A DNA stretch of 64,000 bases. It comes from Azolla caroliniana. Its lineage: Eukaryota; Plantae; Polypodiophyta. Position numbers and translations under genes: made by a program. The notes under the pieces were generated by a model that did no database searches, was not told the DNA's origin, and was given only the letters and a program-made list of their open reading frames with translations. The DNA is taken from assembly GCA_043228905.1 (NCBI GenBank), contig JBHGNT010000008.1:9858001-9922000 (forward strand), given 5' to 3'. Of the stretch, positions 1-12,200 are shown piece after piece. Each line of letters opens with the position of its first letter. Positions within the stretch are counted from its first letter, which is position 1.

Positions 1-369
1 CTGCAGAAGACAGTTGCGTTGTCAACCACGGAGGCGGAGTACATGGCGGCTGTTGAAGCCGGCAAGGAAATAATATGGATGAAGGACTTCATTAGAGAGC
101 TCGGTATCCGGCAGGAGGAGTACCGACTCTACTGTGACAGTCAGAGTGCAATCCACCTTGTGAAGAACGCGGCCTATCACTCCCGGACGAAGCACATCCA
201 GCGAAGATATCACTGGATCCGGGAAAGGATAGAAGACAAGGAGTTCGTGCTGACGAAGATCCACACGGACGAGAACGGGTCGGATATGCTGACCAAGGTG
301 CTCACACCCGACAAGCTGGAAGCGTGCCGGAAGAGGATCGGATTGGAGAGACATCCCATGCCGAAGTGA
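1..369 (+). CDS. Ty1/copia pol C-terminus (RNase H), cut by the window edge
   Basis: STTEAEY, YCDSQSAI, RTKHI and ENGSDMLTK motifs. Nearly identical to the RNase H at 40654-41000 (minus strand). Confidence 0.95.
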   Translation: MQKTVALSTTEAEYMAAVEAGKEIIWMKDFIRELGIRQEEYRLYCDSQSAIHLVKNAAYHSRTKHIQRRYHWIRERIEDKEFVLTKIHTDENGSDMLTKVLTPDKLEACRKRIGLERHPMPK

Positions 370-379
370 AGGGGGAGTT

Positions 380-983
380 TGTTGGGATTACGGTCCCTTC
401 GGATGGGATGGTCGGATGTCGGAGATGAATGCCGACAAGCCCGGTTTCGGTTTCGGAACCGGATGATGATGACCCCGGCTTCGGAGCCGGATGACGAATG
501 TACCCGGAGCGAGATCCGGATGCGGGGACATATCTGTGAATATGTTTGCCAAGGGCCCTTGAGGCTATAGTTTGTAAATAGCCCTAAAGTCATATGTGTA
601 TAAATATGACTTAGGGCAAACAGTTTTAATGTTGCTACTTATTTTTCTGTTTTTCCACTCAAGAGGAGTGAAGAGAGAGCAGTCGTGAGAGAGATAGAGC
701 GCGAGAGAGAGGAAGAGGTCGACGCCTCTGTGTATTTCCGCCGCTTGTGGCGAGGACAGCGAACTCAAGGTCGTCGCCTTGCAGCTCGCCATTGTATACT
801 TCTCTGTGCATAGTTTTGGTTCGGAGTCTTGTACTCCCGTGGTTTTTCCCGTACAGGGTTTTCCACGATAAATCGTGTGTCCTCTCTATTTTTCGCATTT
901 CCCATTTTCTGCAACAACGATTCGTGTGTTTCCTTGGTTGTGGCCGAGAGGTGAAGTTCGGAAAGTTTCGATTATTTCCATCA
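380..983 (+). mobile_element. 3' LTR of a Ty1/copia element
   Basis: Follows the PPT gaagggggag (368-377). TG...CA ends and a TATAAATA near 599. Homologous to the LTRs of 40035-45342. The next base lies in a gypsy protease. Confidence 0.9.
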
Positions 984-2380
984 CCTGATGCTATGGGCGT
1001 CCATCAATGACTCCGACTGACACTGGGCTTGGGAGCTTATGCAACTGAATATTATGCATTACAACAAACTCACGATCCATGAAACTAGAGTTGGCTCCAG
1101 AGTCTAAGAGGGCAGAAGCTGGGACTCGATGGCACCTAGATGTGTTAAGCTCAACTTGTGCAGAGAAAACTCGACTAACTTGACCGGATGAAATGGAACC
1201 ACAACTAGGGACGGATGTTACATGCCTAGGGTTGTCCAACCAAATGGCTCCGATTTTGGCCGGACTTACTCGTTTAACACATCATCTAATTGGCTGAAGA
1301 CATCAAATGTATTTTTATGACAGGGACTACTAGGCCTACTTGGGTTACGAGAAGGTGGGGCAGAAATTGAGATGGGATTGTCATCAACACTTTCTTGGTT
1401 AACTTGTCATTGTGGTTTATGTGGACAATTCACAGCAATATGCCCTGGACCACCACAATAGAGGCATAGACGATTCGCTCACCGTCGTTGCTTTTCCGCA
1501 TCCGATAATGGTCCTCGACGTCGTGTTGTCTCGATTTCCATTGGAGTAGGGCCTTCCACCACACTTGACTTTGATACTTGGGGTGGAGTTGCAACCACCG
1601 AAGCATATGTTTCTGTTGGTCGAAAGCGTAACATTTGTTGGCGCTCAGAACGCCGCTCAAATAAGCGATTGTCACATCGCACGGCTTGGCTTACTGCTTC
1701 AGTAAGAGATTTTGGATCATCATGGAAGGTAAGAAGTAAATCCTTCACATCATTGCACAGACCTTGAAGAAATTGGTCCATTAATGCCGCCTCGTCCCAT
1801 GGAATATCACATGCTAGAAGGCGAAAATCTGCAACATAAGCAGAAGCAGGAAGATCTCCTTGTCGTAATCACCGAATTTTGTTTATTGCAGTCCTCATAC
1901 TATCGGTGTCTCCAAAGTTGGCTTGGAACTCATTAATAAACCCTTCAAAATCTTCTAATAATGGTGAGTGCTTCTCTAGGAGTGGTGCAAACCACGCTAA
2001 TGCGGTACCCGTTAACAAGGTACCAACTAGACCCACACGAACAACATCAGTTGGGTAACGGCTAAGATGCAATTTAATCACAAGACGTACTTGATTTAAA
2101 AATCCACGAAATTGAGACCTTGTACCATCAAACTTGGCCGGCAGACTAATCTTGGGTTCCTTCGGCGAGGTTTGAACTTCTGTTGCTTGTCATTGCAATA
2201 GAGTAGTCTCCAATTGATGCACCCGTTGAGATAATTCTTCATATTTTTGTACTTTCTCAGCATTTGTTGTAGGTCTCCCAAGAATCTTTGATTTTCATGC
2301 TCTAGTGCCATGAATTTGGTTGTTAGCATTTCGAGCTCGGAGAGAACACGCATATATTCTTGCTTGCTGACGGACTCCAT
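984..2380 (-). pseudogene. Degenerate Ty3/gypsy (Tf1/sushi/Tcn1-like) gag and aspartic protease
   Basis: Gag motif GTLLTGTALAWF, zinc knuckle CLYCGGPGHIAVNC (about 1420-1467) and protease LLDSGA. Contains frameshifts and stops, and is interrupted by the copia LTR at 983. Confidence 0.9.
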
Positions 2381-2473
2381 AGTTGCGATAGAAAATTGCT
2401 AGATTTGGTTAAATAAGGTAAAGATAAGAAGAAGCAGTTGGAGAAGAAGATAAGAGATAGATTCGGTTCAAAC

Positions 2474-2943
2474 TGTCATGACTTGAGAATAGGAGAGAGA
2501 AAAAATAAGATGACAATAGAAGGTAGAGGGAGGGAGAGAGAGAGAGAGAGAGAGAAAGAAAGAACACTAGAAATGGAAAGAGAGTTTATATTATAAGAGA
2601 GCAAGGATTACAAAGAGTAGGCTAAGGGGCTACAAACTGGTGTTGAACCGAATGAGTTGTGATGAATGAATAGACACCTATTTATAGGTCCTTATGGAGT
2701 ATTCTAGAATGTTCTAGAATATTTTAGATATTTATGATATTTAATATAATCATGGAATGTCCTAGAATGTTCTAGAATACTCTAGAATGTTCTAGAACAC
2801 TCTAAATGTCTTGTAATAACTAATAATACATTTATTATAACTATACATCATATATGTTAGTATAATGGTTAAAGGTCTAACATATAAACCAAGATGTCTT
2901 GGGCTCGAAACCTTGTAAGGCCAAAATGTATGTCGTCATGACA
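2474..2943 (-). mobile_element. 5' LTR of the gypsy element at 984-2380
   Basis: Inverted termini tgtcatgac...gtcatgaca. Minus-strand TATAAATA at 2686-2679. Self-complementary PBS at 2461-2471. Confidence 0.9.
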
Positions 2944-3104
2944 ATAATCACAATATTTTGGACTAATGAGAGTAGGGTTTCACCCAATAAGAAGGGTTTA
3001 TGAAGGAAACGTGTTGGAAGGAGTCAATAAGAGGAGCATCCCATTCATCATCTTGATGTAGGTCAGGTATTTACATTTATCTCAACATTTGGTTTGACTT
3101 TTGA

Positions 3105-3942
3105 GCTTAGTTAGTTAGCTTATTAGCTACCTCTGAATTTGACCATACCCGAATAGCTAATTACCTACCTCCGAATATGACCATAGCTAATTAGCTACCG
3201 GTAATAGCTAATTAGCTACCAAAATAGCTAATTAGCTCCCTAAGTATATCGAACATAGCTATTTAGCTAGTAGAATAACTAATTAGCTACCACAATAGCT
3301 AATTAGCTACCAGAGTAGCTAATTAGCCGCTTATGACTATAGCTAATTAGCTACCAAAATTGTTAATCCCATACTGGAATAGCTATTGTACTAAATTGTG
3401 GTAGTAGCTAATTAGCTACTGTTCTAAACTATGGTAGTAGCTAATTAGCTACTGTACTAAACTATGGTAGTAGCTAATTAGCTACCATTTAGCTAATTAG
3501 CTATTGTATTAAACTATGGTAGTAGCTAATTAGCTACCACTTAGCTAATTAGCTACTCAACTAAAGTATGGTAGTAGCTAATTAACTACCACTTAGCTAA
3601 TTAGCTACTCAGTTGAAGTATGGTAGTAGCTAATTAGCTACTAGTTAGCTAATTAGCGACTCATCTATAGTATAGTAGTAGCTAATTAGCCACTATAACT
3701 AAAGTATGGTAGTAGCTAATTAGATAACACTTAGCTAAAGTATGGTACTAGCTAATTAGCTACCAATTAGCTAATTAGCTACCAATTAGCTAATTAGCGA
3801 CTCAACTAAAGTATGGTACTAGCTAATTAGCCACTATAACTAAAGTATGGTAGTAGCTAATTAGGTACCACTTAACTAATCAACTACTATACTAAAGTAT
3901 GGTAGTAGCTGATTAGCTACCACTTGGTAGTAGCTAATTAGT
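3105..3942. repeat. Degenerate array of the palindrome TAGCTAATTAGCTA
   Basis: Dozens of copies with short spacers are directly visible. Confidence 0.9.
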
Positions 3943-4217
3943 TGTTGGGGATATGTCCCTCCAGAGGGAGGAACCGACTGTTTGAAAGTAGTCGATGGTC
4001 GAAGAGCCGAAGGAACCAACTGTTTGAAAATAGCCGACGGTCAAAGAGTCGACAACAGAGAGTAGATTATTTAAACAGATTATTATTATTATAGTAGTAG
4101 TAATAATAGTAATGATATGTAGTAGTGGTTACAATTGTAAATTGTCCATACGATGTATCAGTATAAATACATCTAGGGCAAACAGACGGAAATGACGACA
4201 AGTGTGAGCTGTGCGAA

Positions 4218-4251
<34 letters not shown>

Positions 4252-4507
4252 TAGCGACGCCATAACTGTGTGAGTAATAGTAGGCGTCAAGAGTCCTGTG
4301 TGGCTGATACACTCGACGAAGTGTTGTAACATTATGTGTTGTATATCCATTGTATAGTGAAGTTTCTGCTCTCCCGTGGTTTTCTCCCGTTCTTGGGTTT
4401 CCACGTTAAATCTTTGTGCACCATTGTTGTCTTGTTTTCTAGCATATCTGTGATTCGTATTTCAGCACAGTTCGCTTATTGTGATTTGACCAAACAATTT
4501 CTCAACA
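3943..4507 (+). mobile_element. Ty1/copia 5' LTR followed by a degenerate Met-i PBS
   Basis: Ends tgttgggg...ctcaaca. TATAAATA near 4162. Followed by taatatcagagc (compare tggtatcagagc) and gag. Confidence 0.8.
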
Positions 4508-4536
4508 ATCTAATATCAGAGCTTGAGGTGCAAGCA

Positions 4537-5198
4537 TGGAAGGAGGTGTGAGCGGTTTCCTAGGTATGATAGTTCTAAACTCACAGAACTATGCAGACTA
4601 GAAGATAAAGATGGAAGACCTTCTCATCGTTAAAGACCTATACACAAACAAGTCGACAAAGAAGATATACCTAGGGGGGTATTGGAGTCAGATTGGAAAC
4701 TTCTAAATAGAAAAACAGTGGCCACCATCCGACAGTGCGACGTAAGTGTCCTTCCGCATGTGGCGAACGACACAAATGCCCACGAGATGTGGCAGAAGTT
4801 GTCGGGTCTGTATGAGAGGAAGAACACGCTCAATAAAACCTCGCTGATGAGAAAATTCGTAAGGCTGAAATAAAGAGACGGTGAGAGCATTGTCGAACAC
4901 ATAAGCACGTTCATGGGGTATGTAAATCAACATTTTGCGACCAAGTTTCCCTTGGATGATGCAATGCAGGCCATCTTGCTAATGTGCACATTGCCGGACA
5001 ACTAGGAGAACCTGGTGGTTACTCTCAGCACCTCCTATCAAGAAGAGAATTGTCTTTACAGACGATGACGACAAGATTGTCTTTACAGACGATGACGACA
5101 AGCATCCTAAATGAGGAAGCAAGGAGGAAGGACGAGGGAGTCTTGTCCCAGTCGGAGTCAAATGTAACACAACATTCAGACAAAGGAAGGAATCGGTG
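4537..5198 (+). pseudogene. Degenerate copia gag
   Basis: ESDWKLLNRKTVATIRQ and SILNEEARRKD align with the gag at 44170-44730. Contains stops and frameshifts, and a 27-bp tandem duplication near 5049-5102. Confidence 0.85.
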
Positions 5199-6615
5199 TC
5201 GTGAAGATTTTCGGCAACGGTGTGAAAATTGCATGGAATGTACAAAATTGAGTGTGGTTCTTCACAATATGAAACAATATTTATGGACATATTATTTTAT
5301 ATCTTGGTACGAAAAGATGGATGTCTTCAAGAGCTTCCGAATCCGTTTTACTACATGTGAAATTGACAACTTAGTGTCAAGTTATGTGAGTGTGAAGTTT
5401 GAGAAGAAGAAGAGAAAAACAAAAATTGTGAGATATACCACATAGATAGGACAAATCAAGATCCCACAGTATTTAAGTAGAGCCAGAACTTAATACTTTT
5501 TGTCTACGACTGGAGCACAGAATTTTCTTGGGCTAAACTGTGGCTTAACTACTCGTAATGGTTTTGGCGGAACCAGAATCAGACGGTGACGGAGCCGGAA
5601 CCGACACCGGCATCGGACGGCAATGGAACGGACGGACGGTGACAGAACCGAAACCGACATCGGAACCGGAACCGGAAAGGACAGACCGGATCACCGGGTC
5701 TGAAGCGGACCTGATAGACGGATCGATCGGATAGGTTGATCGCGACGATTTTGGTGCGAAACGAACAAAATCATCTAGACTAAGAAACCTATTAGAAATT
5801 TGTAATCAAAGGGATGCAAGCAAGGCTTGAACCTTGCACCTCCAAGATAGGAGGCAATGAACTTACCACTAAGCCAAGTCATGTCTTTAAAAATGTTTTT
5901 ATTATCATTATACTTTCACATGTAAACTTTCATGTTAGAGCTCGATTGAGTGACATGGTTATCATGCATCACATGTAATACATGAGCGCCAAGTGGCAAA
6001 CATGCATCTCATAAAAGAGTGGATGGAGAGGAAAAACGGGCTAGGTATTTTATCAAGCAAGCTTTGTACTTTATATCAAAATTAATATTAAGAAGAAAAT
6101 TCGTTATCCTTTTGATGATACTTTGTTGGCTCAACCGCAAACCACACATAGAGAGAAAAGTTTTTCTCCTTTTTTTCGGGTGTAGAATATATTTTTTGTT
6201 AGACAAGGAGGAGTTCTCTGACTCCTCTTCTATCCATATCGATGCTGAAAGGATCTTATAAAAAAAGCAAAACTAAATTATCAATTCGGAGCGTTATCCG
6301 ACGTGAAGAAATCCGCGATACCATAATCCTGGGCTTCTTCCGCTAACAGAAAAACGTCACTTTCCATGTCTTCAGAAATCATCCATAGCAGTTTACCAAA
6401 TCTTTGTGCATATCTTGTTCTTCAAATCTAAAGTCAAGAGTTCAATCTTAATCTCTCTTTCTATTTCAATCGTTCTGAATCTGTTTCAAAATTGGAATCT
6501 TAATCTCAATCTCTCTCTCTCAATCTATCTTAAATCCTTTCTCGTTAAAGCTAGTGTGTACTTTGAGTCCTTCCGGTCCAAAACCCCAACGATTCCGCCT
6601 CACAATCCGCACATA

Positions 6616-8523
6616 GTGATAGATCTTCATGACACCAGCAAAGAAGTTCACCAAGGAGAGAAAAGTCCCAACCTAGATCGAAGTCCAGAGGTAAGCAAGT
6701 GTGCTTTTACTGTGGTAAACTTGGACACTTCTAGAAGGACTACCGACACATGACAAAAGACAAGGGTGTCATAAACAATGTCGAACCCAAGAAGATTCCC
6801 GATGAGAAGAACACTTCTGCCATTGCTACAAGCAATGAAGAACTGTTGTTCATCTGTGAACAGACAAGTGCAAATCTTGCAAGTGAAGAATGCACTTGGG
6901 TGATCGATTCCTGGGCATCGTTCCACATAACTCCGTTGAGAGAGTATTTCTCGACTTACATAGCCGGAGATCACGGTTATGTGAAAATGGGTGATAGTGG
7001 AGAGTGCAAGATAGCCGGAGTCGGAAGTGTCTGCTTGATGACGTCGACAGGGTGTCGACAGACTCTGAAGAATGTTCGACACATCCCTGATATCAGATTG
7101 AATCTGATATCGACTGGAAGGTTAGATGATGAAGGCTATAGTGGTCGCTTTTGGAAGGGCAAGTGGAAGTTCTGTAGAGGAAATCTTATAGTGGCTCGAG
7201 CACAGAAAGAAGGCACATTATATATGATGCATGCCCGATTGTGCAAATCAGAAGTAAATGTGGCAACTGACTCGGTAGGAGAAATATGGCATAAGAGGTT
7301 AGGCCACATGAGTGAGAAGGGAATGCACTTGCTAGCAGACAAGAAACTTCTACCAGAAGTCAAGGGAGTGCACCTAGAGAAGGGTGTCAACTACTTAGTC
7401 GGAAAGCAGAATAGAGCAGCATTCCTCACCAGAGCACCGAGGAGAAGAGAAGTGCCACTGGACCTAGTACACACGGACGTGTGCTATGTGGATGCTTCAT
7501 CGCATCGAGGTGGACAGTACTTTGGAACGTTCATTGACAACTATAGTCAGAAGACATGGGCCTTCGTACTGAAGTCGAAGGATCAAGTACTGTTGTTTTT
7601 CAAGGAGTTCTGGGCAAGAGCCGAAAGAGAGTCGGGTTGGAAATTGAAGGCTGTTCGAACCGACAATGGTGGCAAGTATAGAGGGCAATTCAAGGAATAT
7701 TGCAAGTGCCAAGGTATTCGGATCGAATACACAATGCCAAAGACCCCAGAGTTGAACGGGCTTTGCAGAGAGGATGAATCGAACAATCATAGAGAGGGTA
7801 AGGAGCATGCTCTCTCATGCAAAACTACCGAAATCCTATTGGATTGAGGTGATGTACACAACTGTTTATCTGATCAACGGGTCTCCCTCAGTACCATTAA
7901 AGGGTGATGTCCCACAAAGAGTGTGGACAGGGAAGGATGTCTCCTACCAACACTTGAGGGTGTTTGGATGTTTGGGGTATATGCATGTACCAAAGGATCA
8001 GAGGTCAAAGCTCGATAGTAAGTCGAAAGCATGCATATTGATGGGATACTCGGAAGATGAGTTCGGCTATAGGCTATGGGACCTAGTTGACAAGAAGGTG
8101 GTGAGAAGTCGGGACGTAGTCTTTCTTGAAGATAAGACGATTGAAGACTGGAAGCAACAGAAGTCGAATACAACCCCCCAGTCAACCCCGACTATCGTCG
8201 ATCTAAGGTCAAGTGAACCGACAACGTCGGCTGTTCAGAGACGACCAGTCGGCCCAGCCAAATCTGAGTCGGTCAACTCGGAAAGACCGACTGACTATGA
8301 GTCAGAGTCGACAGAGCTTCTAAGGTGAATTGAAGAGTATGCGTTGGAGTCGTCCAACCTGGAGATGTCGACTGATGTGCAGGAACCCGAGCGGAGAGAA
8401 GAGTTGGCAGAGACATCCAAAAGAGAGCCAACAACGAGTGGAAGGAGATACCCACTCAGAGAAAGGAAAGCACCGACAACATATGCCAGTCAAAACATCC
8501 TCTTGACTGATGAAGGTAAACCG
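6616..8523 (+). pseudogene. Degenerate copia element A: zinc knuckle, protease, GAG-pre-integrase and integrase
   Basis: CFYCGKLGHF, WVIDSWAS, WHKRLGH, LDLVHTD and RTDNGG motifs. Frameshift near 7770. Ends at LTDEGKP, where element B is inserted. Confidence 0.92.
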
Positions 8524-8574
8524 TGTTGGGAGACAGGTCCCTCCGGATGGGAAGGGAGAAGAGCAGTGCCGACG

Positions 8575-8750
8575 GTACGAACCAAATGGGGAGTACCCGA
8601 CTGCGGAGAGCCGGATGGTGTAGGCCCGGTACGAACAGGATGGGGAGTACCCGACTGCGGAGAGCCGGATGGTGTAGGCCCGGTACGAACAGGATGGGGA
8701 GTACCCGACTGCGGAGCGCCGGATGGTGTAGGCCCGGTACGAACCGGATG
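8575..8750 (+). repeat. 54-bp tandem repeat (about 3 copies) in LTR U3; also at about 13386-13561
   Basis: The unit gtacgaac..atggggagtacccgactgcggagagccggatggtgtaggcccg recurs every 54 bp. Confidence 0.95.
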
Positions 8751-9252
8751 AAGAGACATATTCGTCAATATGTTTCTGAGAGCCCATCGAGGCTACATTT
8801 GTAAATAGCCGAAAAGTCATATTAGTATAAATATGACTTAGGGCAAACTTTTAGGTGTGTTGCCGTTTTTGTTGTTGTTATTCTTCCTTGTTGGTGGGAG
8901 AAGAAGAGAGAGCGCACAACTGTACAGAGAGAGAGAGAGAGAGACGAGGCCGTTGCCTCTGTTGTAACCGCCGCCTATGGCGAAGATCTGTGAGCGCGAG
9001 GTCGTTGCCTCAGTGAACTCACTATTGTGTATTCCTACATAGTGACAGTTTGCAGCCTGTGGGCTGCCGTGGTTTTTCCCCTATTTTGGGGTTTTCCACG
9101 TAAACCTCCTGTGTACCATTTCTCTCCTTGGTGTCGCGTTTCATTACCTGTTTTTTCTGTGTATGAAAAGAATCTCGGTTGTGGCCGAGAGTCGGACATA
9201 AGGAACGTCGAGTTCTCGTCAAGTGGTATCAGAGCGAAATCGACACAGAAAA

Positions 9253-12200
9253 ATGGACGAATCGTTTGGCGGCATGTTCAAGCTCACCGGCTCCAACTAT
9301 TCAGTGTGGAAGTCGAAGATGAGGGACATGCTCGTGGTTAAAGACCTCTGGCTGCCGGTTCAGTTCGGGGACAAGAGACCGGACAAAATCGACGCCGCGA
9401 TATGGGAGGTGATGCACATGAAGACAACGACGTACATACGGTGCTTCATCGACATGAGCCTGTACAACAACTTCAATGAAGAGAGCAAGGCTCATGAGCT
9501 CTGGGAGAAGATCGGCATAATGTTCCAGAACAAAAATGTTGTCAATCAGGTGTCAATATTCCGGAAGCTAGTAAGACTCCGGTACCAAGATGGCTCCAGC
9601 ATGGCGGAGCATATGAATGCCTTCCAGGGGCTGATCCACCAGGCAACGTCATTGGAAGTACCTCTTGCCGATGAGGTCCTAGCGCTACTCCTGCTCGGTT
9701 CCCTCCCGGATAGCTGGGAGACGTTGGTTGTCAGTTTGGGCAACGCCGGGCCGGAAGGAAAACGGTTATCCCTAGCAAGAGTAAAGTCGAGCTTGCTAGA
9801 TGAGGAGGCTCGTTGGAAAGACAAAGATACGAGCTCCGACTCCAAAGCGCTCCTTACCGAATCGGAACGCGGAAGACATAGAAACCGTAGTCCCCAGAAC
9901 CGGGAGAAGTCGGGGACACGGTCAAAGTCAAGGGGGAGGCCTACTTGCTTCTATTGCGGCAAGCCGGGACACTTCCAAAAGAACTGTCGGCATTTCCGTA
10001 AAGACAAGGAAACTGACGGTACCGATTCGAAGCAAACCCCGAACCGGAACGGTAAAGACCGGAGGGGGCCGGACCGGAAGGGTACGACGGCAATTGCGGC
10101 AAGTGGAGAGGAGTTGATGCTCATCACCGAGGAGAGTGAGATAAACCATGCCGGCGACGAGATGACCTGGGTGGTAGACTCCGGAGCGTCGCTCCACCTT
10201 ACCCCGGACCGGAAATGCTTCTCATCCTACTCAGCCGGTGATCACGGCTGTGTCCGGATGGGGAATGAAGGAACATGTTGAATTGTCGGCATAGGAGACG
10301 TGTGGCTGACAACACCAACCAGATGCAAGTTGCTGTTGAAGGATGTCCGACACGTTCCGGAAGTTCGTCTGAACCTGATATCAGCCAGTCGGCTAGATGA
10401 TGAAGGCTACATGGGTAGCATCCGGAACGGTGTCATGAAGTTCAGCAAAGGGAGCCTGATTGTGGCTCGGGCCCGAAAGGTAAACACACTGTACCTGATG
10501 AATGCCCGGTTATGTCCGGAAGATGTGAACGTGGCTTCCGACACTGCCGGTGAGCTGTGGCACAAGAGGCTATGTCACATGAGTGAGAAGGGGATGAAGA
10601 GGCTTCGAGACGACAACCTCATTCCAGTGAAGGACGTGCACTTAGAGAAGTGCACTGATTGTCTGGCCGGTAAGCAGAACCGGACCTCCTTCCGACCAAG
10701 GCCACCGATGAGACGTAATGCACCACTGGATTTGGTGCATACGGATGTTTGTCAAGTAGACACGAAGTCACATGCCGGAGCGCAGTACTTCGTGACGTTC
10801 ATAGATGACCACAGCCGGAAGCTGTGGGCCACACCGCTGAAGACGAAGGATCAGGTGTTATCAGTCTTCAAAGAGCTCCATGCGAGAGTGGAAAGAGAAA
10901 CCGGCCGGAAGCTGAAGGCGGTTTGAGCAGATAACGGAGGAGAGTACCGGGGACAGTTCGAGGAGTACTGCCACTCGAAGGGAATCCGGCTCGAATTTAC
11001 CGTGCCGAAGACGCCGGAACTAAATGGACTGGCTGAGAGGATGAACCGGACCATAATGGAGAGGGTCCGGAGTATGCTAGCGCATGCAAAACTACCCAAG
11101 AAGTTTTGGGCTGAGGCACTGTCGACGGCGACATATGTGATAAACAGATCACCCTCAGTACCCTTGGACGGAGACACGCCACAGAGAGTATGGACCGGTA
11201 AGGAAGTGTCTTACCGGCATCTGAGGGTGTTCGGGTGTCTCGCGTACGTGCATGTAGCAAAGGACCGGAGAGGAAAGTTAGATCCAAAGACCCGGCCATG
11301 CATATTCCTCGGTTACGGTGATGATGAGTTCGGCTACCGAGTGTGGGACCCGGTCGACAAGAAGGTATTCCGGAGTCGAGATATTATCTTCATGGAGGAC
11401 AAGACGCTCGCCGACTGGGAGTCGGAGAAGAAGATAATGAACTCTGAGTCGACCGGTAAGGAAAGACTCTACAATGAGCAGACCCAACCGGCAAGAGACC
11501 GGTTAGCACTCGAGGAACCAGCCGGTTACGGTGTGGATACCGAACCGGCAGGAGAAGAAGTAGAGGAAGCTGAGGCCGGAACCGGCCAAGACCCCGAATC
11601 GGATTCGGATGAAGAGCAAATGGAGGAGCCGGTTACCGAAGCCCGAAGACGTAGATATCCTCTCAGAGAGAGAAGGGCGCCCCGGAGATTTCCGGATGCA
11701 GAGCATGTTCTGCTAACCGATGAGGGGGAACCGGAAAGTTTCGAAGAAGGGAAGGAAGACACCCACAGCCTAAAATGGTTAAGTGCCATGCAGGATGAGA
11801 TGGATTCCCTGCATGAGAACCATACGTATGAATTGGTGGAGCTGCCGAAAGGAAAGCGGGCACTCCGAAACAAGTGGGTGTTCAAGTTGAAACCGGGAGA
11901 CGCCGGCAACCCCCAGAGATACAAAGCCAGGATCGTGGTGAAGGGGTTCCAGCAGAAGAAGGGCGTGGACTTCGACGAAATATTCGCCCCGGTAGTAAAG
12001 ATGACCTCCATCCGAACGGTGCTGAGTATAGCAGCAAGCATGGACCTCGAGGTAGAGCAGTTGGACGTGAAGACGGCATTCCGTCATGGCGACCTCGAAG
12101 AGGAGATCTACCTGCAGCAACCGGAAGGATTTGTGGAGAAAGGGAAGGAGCACCTAGTATGCCGGTTGAAGAAGAGCCTATACGGACTAAAGCAGGCTCC

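Noticed and set aside
8575-8750. Repeat-peptide ORFs in LTRs (also 13254-13615 and 49584-50040)
   Set aside because: They are a by-product of a 54-bp unit, a multiple of 3, that is open in several frames.
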